Assembly: GCA_052168235.1 (NCBI GenBank)
Contig: JBQLZK010000006.1
Span: 104,837 to 168,836 of the forward strand
Direction of reading: 5' to 3'
DNA: 64,000 nt
Source: Thainema sp.
GTDB lineage: Bacteria > Cyanobacteriota > Cyanobacteriia > Phormidesmidales > Phormidesmidaceae
Position numbers and translations under genes: made by a program. Positions 40,848 to 50,225 of the stretch are shown one piece after another (positions within the stretch are counted from its first letter, which is position 1; every line of letters starts with the position of its first letter). The notes beneath the pieces are model-generated. The model worked only from the letters and a program-made list of their open reading frames with translations. It did no database searches and was not told the origin of the DNA.

Positions 40848-40901
40848 GTAGGGGCGTTAGCGAAGCCATGCCCAAAGGGCTATATGGCCATTCGCCTCTA
40901 C
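40848..40901. repeat. REP-like GTAGGGGCG element carrying a nested ~26-nt insert
   Basis: gtaggggcg[ttagcgaagccatgcccaaagggcta]tatggccattcgcctctac. Confidence 0.6.
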
Positions 40902-40925
40902 CCAGCGCTGTTTACCAGTAACCCC

Positions 40926-41756
40926 ATGAATACATCGCATACTCCTGCAAAACCGATTAAGTCTGCTTCTACCCGGCAGCTACCCGCCTGGCAAGCGGCC
41001 TTTACGCTGCTGATGTTTGGCTTCATGTATATTCCCATTCTGGTGCTGGCGGTTTACAGCTTCAACGAATCCCGCTACAGCGCCAACTGGGAAGGCCTGA
41101 GCCTGCGCTGGTACACCAAGCTGTTCAGCGATACCCGTTTACTCTCGGCCCTGCAAGATAGCCTCACGGTTGCGTTTACAGCCGTAGCCGCCTCGGCAGT
41201 ACTGGGCACCCTGATGGCCGTTGGCTTAGCCCGTTACCGCTTCCCTGGCAAAAAGCTCTACCAGGGCATTTCCTATCTACCGCTGATTATTCCTGATATT
41301 GCGATCGCAGTTGCGACGCTGGTTTTCCTGGCCTCGATTGCCATTCCCCTCAGCATTTGGACGATCATTGCCGCGCATATGGTGTTTTGCATTGCCTACA
41401 CTGCCGTTGTCGTCTCATCTCGGCTTGCGGGCCTCGATCCCAACTTGGAAGAAGCAGCGCTTGATTTAGGTGCCACACCAGCGCAGGCATTTATCAAAGT
41501 CCTGCTGCCCCAGTTATTACCCGCCATCGTCTCCGGCTGCTTGCTCTCGTTTGTCCTCAGCATGGACGATCTGCTGATTTCCAGCTTCACAGCAGGCGGC
41601 GGAGCCAATCCGCTGCCAATTGAAATTTTTAGCCGCATTCGCACAGGCGTGAAACCGGATATCAATGCCCTCAGCGTTCTGCTGATTATCGTGTCCGGTC
41701 TAGTCGCGTTTATCGCCGAATATGTCCGCTATCGCAGTCAGCAGCAGCGGACTTGA
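40926..41756 (+). CDS. potC: Polyamine ABC transporter permease
   Basis: YSFN.S..., LEEAALDLGA, PDINALS; start moved past the repeat element. Confidence 0.9.
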   Translation: MNTSHTPAKPIKSASTRQLPAWQAAFTLLMFGFMYIPILVLAVYSFNESRYSANWEGLSLRWYTKLFSDTRLLSALQDSLTVAFTAVAASAVLGTLMAVGLARYRFPGKKLYQGISYLPLIIPDIAIAVATLVFLASIAIPLSIWTIIAAHMVFCIAYTAVVVSSRLAGLDPNLEEAALDLGATPAQAFIKVLLPQLLPAIVSGCLLSFVLSMDDLLISSFTAGGGANPLPIEIFSRIRTGVKPDINALSVLLIIVSGLVAFIAEYVRYRSQQQRT

Positions 41757-41784
41757 ATTAACTTGATTGACCCTTCAAACAGAA

Positions 41785-41820
41785 GGATATCGCCGCAATG
41801 CGGCGATATTCGCCTTTTTC
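41785..41820 (+). terminator. Terminator after the pot operon
   Basis: ATATCGCCGC-aat-GCGGCGATAT followed by a T run. Confidence 0.65.
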
Positions 41821-41948
41821 AGGGATTAGAAACTAAATTGTGCAGTATCATGCAGTTTCTTTAAGAATCATAGTGGTTTAGCGATTTACCTCTTAAAGCG
41901 GGCATTCTACAGCTATCCTTTTATCCTTTTGCCCGTAGGTAAATCAAC

Positions 41949-42275
41949 ATGAACCAACGCATCATTCTAACCACGTTAGAAGGTGTTCCCGGACGGAATA
42001 CGATCCAGCATTTGGGCCTGGTACAGGGTAGCACCGTCCGCGCTAAACACATTGGTAAAGACATTTTGGCCGGATTCAAAAATATGGTCGGCGGTGAGCT
42101 GAAAAGCTATACCGAACTCCTGCAAGAAGCGCGCCAGGAAGCCACCGATCGGATGGTGCAGCAGGCGACCCAAATGGGGGCAAATGCTGTCGTGAACGTG
42201 CGTTTTGCCACCTCTTCTGTGGCGCAGGGCGCGGCTGAACTGTTCGCCTATGGCACAGCGGTGCGAGTGGAGTAG
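41949..42275 (+). CDS. YbjQ/UPF0145 family protein
   Basis: GGELKSYTELL..AR..A..RM...A..MGANAVV, AYGTAV. Confidence 0.92.
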   Translation: MNQRIILTTLEGVPGRNTIQHLGLVQGSTVRAKHIGKDILAGFKNMVGGELKSYTELLQEARQEATDRMVQQATQMGANAVVNVRFATSSVAQGAAELFAYGTAVRVE

Positions 42276-42282
42276 TCGTGCT

Positions 42283-42720
42283 ATGGAATACCTTGTTTTT
42301 CTCGGTCTGCTTGCCCTGGGATTCTTTGCTGGGCGCTACTTTGAGCAGCAGCACTATCAGGAAATCCACGCCCGAGAGCATCAAACTCAGAGCGTGCCCG
42401 TTTTTAATCTATCCGCCAGTCACATGCTGCCCCACGCTCAAGAGTCAGAGCTATTCGTCGGCAGCGTCGTCATTTCTAGCGACTACTTCAAAACCTTTGC
42501 TGGCTGGCTGATGAGCTTGTTTGGTGGCCGACTGTCTGGCTACGAAACCTTAGTGGATCGCGCCCGCCGGGAAGCCATTCTCCGCATGAAAGAAGATGCG
42601 ATCGCATGGGGCGCTAAGCAGGTTTTGAATGTGCGCCTGGAAACTTCATGCATGAATACAGAGTCCCAGAATGGGATCGTTTCGATTGAGGTGATTGCGT
42701 ATGGGACGGGGATTCGGTGA
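42283..42720 (+). CDS. Membrane-anchored YbjQ-like protein
   Basis: N-terminal TM; GG.L..YETLVDRARREA.LRM, AYGT. Confidence 0.85.
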   Translation: MEYLVFLGLLALGFFAGRYFEQQHYQEIHAREHQTQSVPVFNLSASHMLPHAQESELFVGSVVISSDYFKTFAGWLMSLFGGRLSGYETLVDRARREAILRMKEDAIAWGAKQVLNVRLETSCMNTESQNGIVSIEVIAYGTGIR

Positions 42721-42863
42721 TAGTTGAGGGTTGAGGGTTAGTGGATAGTAGGGGCGTTTTTGCGGCGTTGACTACGTTACGAAATATATCTCAAGCTGCG
42801 ATCGCACCCGGAATCCTTAACTATAACTATGGTCGCCTGCTCTGCTGATTCAGTTCGAAGTTC

Positions 42864-44090
42864 ATGGATGCGATTAAGTTCAACATTGACACCTGGTTGA
42901 AAACCAGTACTGCTCAGGGGTCTGCTCTACCTGACGATCAGCGCCAGTTCATTGAGGCTCGCACGGTTTTGCCGCTGGCGGCCTACAGTGATGCGGGCAA
43001 CAATCACTACAAAATCACTCTGGGAACGAATGCCCAGGGACAGCAGATTTTCTACAAGGGGCGCAACACCTGGTACGTCTATCAGCCTGCGGTCGAGATC
43101 TTCCGCGTTGCCACTGTCGATCCCTATTCCATTCTGGTCACGGCGAACACCTGGTTTAAGCAAACTGTCGCTCAGGCATCGACTTTGGCGGATAGCCAGA
43201 AGGTTTATGTAGAATCTGGCTCAACCTTCCCGATTGCGGCCTTCGCGTTTGAGCAAAACCACGTCAAGTTCACTCTGGGCAAAGACCAAGTCGGCCAGCA
43301 GGTCTTCCTGAAAGGCCGCAATACCTGGTACGCCTATGAGCTGCATGTTGATGTGCTGCGCAATGATGTGCCACTGTTTGATTACGGACTTAAGTTCAAA
43401 ACCGACACCTGGCTGAAGCAAAGTACGGCTCAAGCTGCCAGCCTATCGGATAGTCAAAAGCAGTTTATTGAAGGTGGCACAATTCTTCCGCTGGCGGCTT
43501 TTGAGCCGCAGTTTCTGCATCTCAAGGTGACATTTGGTCAAAATGCCCAAGGTGAGCAAGTTGAGTTCAACGGGCGCAATACCTGGTACGTGTATGAGCC
43601 AACGGTTGAGGTGTTGCACAATAACCAGTCGTTTGATGCAACCACATCGATTAATGCTAAAGGATTGCGGCTGATCAAAGCCTTTGAAGGGCTGAGACTG
43701 ACCGCCTATCGCGATCCAGTCGGGATCTGGACGATTGGCTACGGTACGACCCGAGGGGTTTATCCCGGTATGCAAATCACGGAAGCTCAGGCGGAGCAGT
43801 TGTTGCGCAACGATGTACAACGGTTTGAAGCGGCAGTGCGACAGTTGGTGACGGTGCCGCTGGACGCAGATGAATTTTCGGCACTAGTTTCGTTTGCCTA
43901 CAATGTGGGCGAGGGAGCACTGGCAAATTCCACGCTGCTGAGGAAACTCAACCAGGGCGATCGCGCAGGAGCATCCAATGAGTTTTTACGCTGGGTAAAT
44001 GCGGGCGGGCGGGTTTTGCCGGGTTTAGAACGGCGACGTAAGGCGGAACGCGCCTTGTTTAGAGGTGAGGACTTTACGGTATTTCTTTAG
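42864..44090 (+). CDS. GH24 (phage-type) lysozyme with three N-terminal ~85-aa repeats
   Basis: FEGLRLTAYRDPVGIWTIGYG (E-x8-D-x5-T), ALVSFAYNVG, GL.RRR.AE; GRNTWY motif x3. Confidence 0.92.
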   Translation: MDAIKFNIDTWLKTSTAQGSALPDDQRQFIEARTVLPLAAYSDAGNNHYKITLGTNAQGQQIFYKGRNTWYVYQPAVEIFRVATVDPYSILVTANTWFKQTVAQASTLADSQKVYVESGSTFPIAAFAFEQNHVKFTLGKDQVGQQVFLKGRNTWYAYELHVDVLRNDVPLFDYGLKFKTDTWLKQSTAQAASLSDSQKQFIEGGTILPLAAFEPQFLHLKVTFGQNAQGEQVEFNGRNTWYVYEPTVEVLHNNQSFDATTSINAKGLRLIKAFEGLRLTAYRDPVGIWTIGYGTTRGVYPGMQITEAQAEQLLRNDVQRFEAAVRQLVTVPLDADEFSALVSFAYNVGEGALANSTLLRKLNQGDRAGASNEFLRWVNAGGRVLPGLERRRKAERALFRGEDFTVFL

Positions 44091-44105
44091 AGTCTTGGGC
44101 TAAGA

Positions 44106-44453
44106 CTAGATTGAATCAAATGCGCTGTCCAGTGGCTGACCGCGATCGCAATACATGCAGCGATGATGGCGCTTACTCAGCGGACGATGGCATTCGAGGC
44201 AGTAGCTGACCTGCTTATTACGCTTGCCGTCAAGCTTGCCGTCTTCCAAGTCAATTTCGTTCACCTTTTCGATCAGCATATCCTCAGTCACATTCGTGCG
44301 CTCTTGCAGCAGTTCCCACATGGCCTGACAGATCAGCGACAAGCTATCGACGCGGCTTTCTAAATCCTGCATTTGGGCCGAGAGCCGACTGACGTTGCGC
44401 TCGGCCCGAGCTGTTGATAAATCGGTAGAGGAGAGACGGTGAGAATAAGCCAT
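44106..44453 (-). CDS. Hypothetical coiled-coil protein with C-terminal Zn-ribbon
   Basis: CLEC-x10-CMYC; EIDLEDGKLDG. Confidence 0.7.
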   Translation of the reverse strand: MAYSHRLSSTDLSTARAERNVSRLSAQMQDLESRVDSLSLICQAMWELLQERTNVTEDMLIEKVNEIDLEDGKLDGKRNKQVSYCLECHRPLSKRHHRCMYCDRGQPLDSAFDSI

Positions 44454-44606
44454 AGGTCTAGCGCTCTGATGGTAGTGGTTCGTGGAGCATCCTCACTTGT
44501 ATAGCCGTACTCAGACCGGACTCCGTATCAAGTGGTGATATGAAGTCCTACAGAGGTTCAACTGATCGATCCGCACATCTACGGAAAGTGTACCCGCACG
44601 GGGACT

Positions 44607-45386
44607 CTAGGTCTTTAAGGTATTCAGCAAGCTTGAGGCGACGACGCTAAGCGGGATCAACTCAGCCGCTTGCCAAAACTTGGGATTGTCGGCATCTACA
44701 AAACAAGCGAAATCGATATCAGGATGCCAACGGGATCCATCCGGCAGAATCGTTTGATCATTAAATTTGGCCCGATGCAGTTCTGCCTGTAACAAATTGG
44801 CCTCGGTCAAATCCGCTCCCCTTAAATCCGCTTCTTGCAGGTCAGCACCCTGTAAATTAGCGTTTTGCAGATTTGCCGTCTTTAGGTTGGCTCGCCGCAG
44901 CACGCCATTTTGTAAGTTGGTATGACTTAAATTGGCGTCAACCAACTGTGCCTCAAACAGATCAACCTCTTGCATATCAGCTTCACTGAGGTCAGCTTCC
45001 TCTAGATGCACTTCATAGAGCCATGCTCCTGCCAACAGATTTTGGCGACGCATCTGGTCTAAGATTTTTTGTCGAATAGCGGGCCGAGTAGTGAGCTTGA
45101 GCCGATCGGCAAACTGATCGCGGCGGCGCATCCGCTCCCGGTCGAGCCGATCCACCTCATCCCGCTTCTGGTAAATCACTAACTCTACTAGCAAAATTGT
45201 GACCGCTGCGCCGAGCATCTCAGTCCCGACATCCTGTAGCCAACCGACCCACCAGCGCATGGCATTTCCGGTACCGCTGATGGAGAATGACCAGTAACCT
45301 GAAATAAAAGCTGCGATCGCAAGTCCTAGGGCAATGGTGAGGCCGAGTTTGCGTAAATTACGATTGGGTTGTTTGGGATAGGACAT
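44607..45386 (-). CDS. Pentapeptide-repeat membrane protein
   Basis: Two TM segments then A(D/N)LXX repeats and T.LPDG. Confidence 0.88.
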   Translation of the reverse strand: MSYPKQPNRNLRKLGLTIALGLAIAAFISGYWSFSISGTGNAMRWWVGWLQDVGTEMLGAAVTILLVELVIYQKRDEVDRLDRERMRRRDQFADRLKLTTRPAIRQKILDQMRRQNLLAGAWLYEVHLEEADLSEADMQEVDLFEAQLVDANLSHTNLQNGVLRRANLKTANLQNANLQGADLQEADLRGADLTEANLLQAELHRAKFNDQTILPDGSRWHPDIDFACFVDADNPKFWQAAELIPLSVVASSLLNTLKT

Positions 45387-45580
45387 ACAGTTTCAATGTT
45401 GAACCGAGTTGGTATTGCGGTATTGAGGTGAGGCGCAATGGAGATCATTAAGATTCCGGCGCGAACCCGAATGACTTTTCTCTACACTGTAATAAGGACA
45501 ACAGTTCAGCGTGCTCATCCCCAATGTAGGGATTGCGTTTATCCAAAGAGCGATTTAGAAACTGCTAACCCCCCATTTGT

Positions 45581-46969
45581 ATGCAAACGTCTGATCAACC
45601 TACCAGTCAATCCACCAGTATCCCGGCCCAGAAGCTCGATACCCGCCTCGAAAGCAACTACTTTCCCCAGTTCGACGACAGCCATCCGCCGGAACAGAGT
45701 CTGATTGATGCCTGTGTCCACTGCGGCTTTTGCCTCACCACCTGCCCCAGCTATCGCGTAATTGGCAAAGAAACGGATTCACCCCGAGGCCGCATCTATC
45801 TGATGGATGCAATTAATAAAGGCGACGCGCCGCTGTCCGATGCATCGGTGGAGCATTTTGACACCTGCTTGGGCTGTCTGGCCTGCACTACCGCCTGCCC
45901 ATCGGGGGTGAAATATGATCAGCTGATTGCGGCTACGCGACCGCAGATTGAGCGCAATCACCGCCGCAACCTCGGCGATACGCTATTCCGCAAACTGCTC
46001 TTCTCACTGTTTCCCTATCCGGATCGGCTTCGCATCCTACTCGCTCCCTTGGCGCTATATCAGCATTCAGGCTTATCGCGATTTGTGCAGGCAACGGGCC
46101 TGCTGGAGCGCATTTCGCCCCGGTTAGCCTCAATGGAGTCCTTGTTACCCACGATTACGGCGAAATCATTTCAAGATAATTTACCGGACGTCATTCCAGC
46201 TCAAGGCGAGCAGCGCTATCGGGTGGGCATGATTCTGGGCTGCGTGCAGCGGCTGTTTTTCTCGGATGTGAATGAAGCCACGGCGCGGGTGTTATCTGCC
46301 AATGGCTGCGAAGTGGTGATTCCCAAGTCGCAGGGCTGCTGTTCGGCCCTACCCGCCCACCAAGGCCAGGAAAATCAGGCGCAAGCACTAGCCCGACAGA
46401 TGATCGACAGCTTTGCCGATACGGGAGTTGACTATATCATCATCAACGCGGCTGGCTGTGGACATACATTGAAGGAGTATCACCACATTCTGGCCAATGA
46501 TCCAGTCTACGCTGAGCAGGCCAAAGCGTTTGTCGCAAAAGTGCGGGATGCTCAAGAATTTCTGGCCGAAGTGGGCCTAACTGCAACGCTCAACCCGCTG
46601 ACCAATGGTGGCTTACCAATGGTGTACCAGGATGCTTGCCATCTCCTGCACGGACAAAAAATTAGCGTTCAGCCCCGCCAACTTTTGCAGCAGATCCCCG
46701 GTGTGCAACTGCGGGAACCGATTGATGCCGCGCTGTGCTGCGGTAGCGCAGGAGTATACAACATGCTGCAACCGGAAATTGCAGCAGAACTGGGCCAGCA
46801 AAAGGCGATGAATTTAGCCAACACAGGCGCAAAGCTAATTGCTTCTGCGAATCCTGGCTGTTCGCTGCAAATTTTGAAGTATCTCGAACAGCAGGGACAG
46901 GTGATCCCGCTGAAGCATCCGATGCAGCTGCTTGATTTGTCGATTCGGGGGGAGAGGTTGGCGGTTTGA
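45581..46969 (+). CDS. glcF: Glycolate oxidase iron-sulfur subunit
   Basis: CVHCGFCLTTCP, CLGCLACTTACPSGV, CCG domains. Confidence 0.92.
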   Translation: MQTSDQPTSQSTSIPAQKLDTRLESNYFPQFDDSHPPEQSLIDACVHCGFCLTTCPSYRVIGKETDSPRGRIYLMDAINKGDAPLSDASVEHFDTCLGCLACTTACPSGVKYDQLIAATRPQIERNHRRNLGDTLFRKLLFSLFPYPDRLRILLAPLALYQHSGLSRFVQATGLLERISPRLASMESLLPTITAKSFQDNLPDVIPAQGEQRYRVGMILGCVQRLFFSDVNEATARVLSANGCEVVIPKSQGCCSALPAHQGQENQAQALARQMIDSFADTGVDYIIINAAGCGHTLKEYHHILANDPVYAEQAKAFVAKVRDAQEFLAEVGLTATLNPLTNGGLPMVYQDACHLLHGQKISVQPRQLLQQIPGVQLREPIDAALCCGSAGVYNMLQPEIAAELGQQKAMNLANTGAKLIASANPGCSLQILKYLEQQGQVIPLKHPMQLLDLSIRGERLAV

Positions 46970-47100
46970 GTGAGGGGTGTGAGAGGTGTGGGAGGGTAGA
47001 TGAGTAGGAGGGTGGATGGGTAGATGGGTGGTGATTTGGGTGTAGTTGGGACTTTGAGGAGTTGGTGGTTGGCGAAGTAGGTTGGAAGGGGTTGAGAAAG
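46970..47100 (+). repeat. G-rich octamer tract (GGGTRGAT)
   Basis: gggtagatgagtaggagggtggatgggtagatgggtgg. Confidence 0.75.
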
Positions 47101-47212
47101 GTGTGATGAAGCGCGATCGCACCTGTGCAAGTGAGGGGAAATCTGGGGAACTCTAAATGAAATATTTATTTCTTGAATAAATATTATTTACTTGCAGTAC
47201 GACTCCAAATTT

Positions 47213-49261
47213 ATGACTTTGGCAGCCAGCAACAATCCCAGCCGCTTACCGGATCGCATCTCTCCGCTCGAAGTTGTCTCTGTTTTCAAAGCATCTCAGG
47301 CTATTTCCAGTATTATTCAGCTCGAAGAATGGCTGCGCCAGTTGAGCCAAATTATGTTGCAGCAGTCGGGTTGAGATCGCAGTGTCCTGATTCTGCCGCA
47401 TGGTGATGGACAGTGGCAGGTTCGAGCGGTGGCAACGCCTGACGGTACAGAGCTGGGTGTCGATGCGCTGGCGGAAACTGCTGACCTGCCGAGCAAGCTG
47501 ATTCAGTATGTGATAGAGACTCGCGAGACGGTCGTAGTTGACGACTTGGCAACAGATTTGCCAGGTATTAACACTTTAGAAGCTGATTTGAGCCAGTATC
47601 GGCTCAAGAGTGCTCTCTGTCTGCCACTGGTCAACCCGCATCAACCGGATCAACTGACAGGAGTTGTATATGTCGCCAGTCAGTCTGCTCAGGGAATTTT
47701 TACCTGCGATCGCATTTTTCTCCTGAACCTGATCTGCACTCAAGCTGCCATCGCGCTGGAGAATGCCCAACGCTACCAGGCCGCTCAAGCCTATGCCGAC
47801 CAGCTAGAGCGATCGCTACAGCAGCTACAGTCCGCTCAAACTAAACTGGTGGCTGATGAACAGATCATGCAGGAACAGGCGCTGGCCCTGGTGCAGCTTT
47901 CGGAAAGTAAAGCAATTACTCAGGGTGATCTGAACGCTGCCTTTCAGGAACTCACAACGGTCACTGCCCGGATTTTGCAGGTTGAGCGGGTCAGCATTTG
48001 GTTATTTGACGATCAGCGCACCAAGATTCAGTGCGTTGACCTATTTCTCCAGTCCGGTCAGCAACACCTAGAGGGCTTTGAACTCAAGGTTGTAGACTAT
48101 CCAGCCTACTTTGCGGCGATGGTGTCGCAGCCCATCCTGCCAATTGACGATGCCTGGACAGATCCCTGCACCCGTGAGTTCGTCAATGGCTATCTGGATG
48201 TGTACAACATTGCATCAATGCTGGACTCCAGTGTGCAGCTCAACGGCAACGTCAGCGGTGTGATTTGCTGTGAGCAGGTGGGAGAAAAACGGGTGTGGAA
48301 CCAAGCGGAGCAGAACTTTATCCGCTCTGTTGCCAACTTGATTGCCCTAGCGCTGGAGTCAAATCAGCGCCGCCAGAAGGAGAAGAAGCTAAAGCAGGCG
48401 CTGTCGGAGCTGAGCCAGTCTCAACTGCAAATGGTACAAAATGAAAAGATGGCCTCGCTGGGAAACCTGGTTGCGGGAGTTGCTCACGAAATCAACAATC
48501 CGATTGGCTTCCTCAACGGCAGTACCAAAAATGCCAAAGACTACGTGCAGGATCTACTGGAGCATCTTGCCTTCTATCAGCAGCAGTATCCCGACACGGC
48601 TGAACCGATTCAAGCTCATGCTGCCGAGATTGATCTAGCGTTTATCATTAAAGATTTGCCCAAATTGCTCGACTCGATGCAGGGAGCGACCGATCGAATC
48701 AAGTCAATTAGTAACAGCCTGCGCACATTTTCCCGTGCCGATACCGAGCATAAAGTTAGCGCCAATCTGCACGAAGGGCTAGACAGTACGCTGCTGATTT
48801 TGAAGTATCGACTGAAAGCCAACGAGGTTCGACCTGCCATTGAAGTTGTCAAGCAGTACGACGAACAGTTGCCGCCGATTGACTGCTTTCCGGGACAGCT
48901 CAATCAGGTGTTCATGAACATTCTGGCCAACGCAATCGATGTTCTAGACGAAGCGGCACAGCAGGCCTCGTTTGCCGAACTCCAGTCCAATCCACAAGTG
49001 ATCACGATTCAAACGATGCTGTTAGTTGAAGCCAACCACGTAGAAATCTGCATCCGCGACAACGGCATGGGCATGACCGAAGCGGTGAAAGCCAAAATCT
49101 TTAACCATCTGTTTACGACGAAAGCTGTTGGCAAAGGAACAGGTTTGGGACTTGCGATCGCACATCAAATCGTCACCGAAACCCACGGTGGCAAGCTAGA
49201 CGTACAGTCCAAACTTGGCCAAGGCAGCGAGTTCTGCATTCAGCTACCAATAGCGGCTTAG
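47213..49261 (+). pseudogene. GAF-GAF-histidine kinase interrupted by an in-frame TGA at 47372-47374
   Basis: ORFs 47192-47374 and 47429-49261 share a frame; the read-through gives a continuous GAF domain (..MLQQSG*DRSVLIL..); intact AHEINNP and ATP boxes. Confidence 0.75.
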
Positions 49262-49338
49262 AATGAAACTCATTTTGAAGTTAAGTGCGAAAACGGATTG
49301 CTAAGTAGTCACTCTCCTCTCTCCTTTCGCCCCAATCA

Positions 49339-49369
49339 GTGTGTTGCGCTTCGCGTAACAGCACCCTAC
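49339..49369 (-). repeat. REP-like GTAGGGTGC hairpin
   Basis: Reverse complement gtagggtgctgttacgcgaagcgcaacacac. Confidence 0.55.
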
Positions 49370-49527
49370 ATACCCCTGTCGCTCCCTTGCCTGCTTTCTC
49401 CCTTGTGCTCCTCGCGCCTTATGCCTCACGCCCATATCGCCGAATCAAGACATACTTATGGGGTAACTGTTTATCCTGACAAGTCTGTTGATAAGATTAT
49501 TCAAAATAATTATGGTTAGTTATAGTG

Positions 49528-49612
49528 CTAGCCAGTAGGATTGCGGCAAGGTAGTTTTTGGGGTAGCTTTCGCCGCTCCAAAAACTACCGCAATCTAACT
49601 GTTTACAGCTAG
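49528..49612. repeat. Degenerate palindromic element (CTAG ends)
   Basis: gattgcgg..GGTAGTTTTTGG..CCAAAAACTACC..gcaatc. Confidence 0.7.
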
Positions 49613-49647
49613 ATATTCAGTAGTCGGCTAGATGAGGAGAACAGCAA

Positions 49648-50094
49648 GTGAATGCAGCCGAAAAAGCGACAAACTTTGAGGTTGCCGGAAAAATCGCGGC
49701 TATCGTCAATCTGTTCAAGGCCGAGTTTCCGCCAATTCGTGCTGATCTCAAGCCGTGGATGAACGACCGTGAAACTCTAGATCTCGTTGATCCAGACTCG
49801 ATTGATATTGGATTTCACTTTCCGGGCTATAGCCGCTCATTCCAAAGCCGCAGCATTTTAATTCAGATTCGTTTCCACGAAGATCCGCTGGTGAAAACCT
49901 ACCGGGCAGTTGGAATTGAAGCGATTGGTTTCACCCACGCTGGCAAACAGTGGCGCTTCTCAACCATTGAAAACTGGGATTTTGTGGGCGAAACCTGTCC
50001 GGGTGACGAAGGGCGCGATCGCTTAAAGTATTTGTGCCGCAGCATCATGGAAATCTTTAACGGATCAGAGTTGGCATCCGGCACTAACGGATAA
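49648..50094 (+). CDS. Conserved cyanobacterial hypothetical protein
   Basis: GTG start after GAGGAG; DLKPW.ND..T..LVDPDSIDIGFHFPG. Confidence 0.8.
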   Translation: MNAAEKATNFEVAGKIAAIVNLFKAEFPPIRADLKPWMNDRETLDLVDPDSIDIGFHFPGYSRSFQSRSILIQIRFHEDPLVKTYRAVGIEAIGFTHAGKQWRFSTIENWDFVGETCPGDEGRDRLKYLCRSIMEIFNGSELASGTNG

Positions 50095-50111
50095 TGTTCA
50101 AATAATATTCA

Positions 50112-50209
50112 AAGCGGTTTGAAGAACCAGAGTTCGTTTTGTAAAACGCTGGCAGCGCCAGCGTTTTACAAAACGAACTCTGGTTTTGACACGCGATATC
50201 AGTTTCGTA
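50112..50209. repeat. Long palindromic element (29-bp perfect arms 50125-50153/50157-50185)
   Basis: AACCAGAGTTCGTTTTGTAAAACGCTGGC-agc-GCCAGCGTTTTACAAAACGAACTCTGGTT; right flank ggttttgac...ttcgta shared with 1919-2020. Confidence 0.9.
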
Positions 50210-50225
50210 CACTACTCACATTGAG

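Noticed and set aside
42864..44453. Prophage remnant around the lysozyme
   Set aside because: No integrase, structural, holin or replication genes; composition and HIP1 content are host-like.
47372..47374. Selenocysteine recoding of the in-frame TGA at a Cys position
   Set aside because: Not a redox active-site context, no evident SECIS, and Sec use is not typical of cyanobacteria; a point mutation or sequencing error is simpler.
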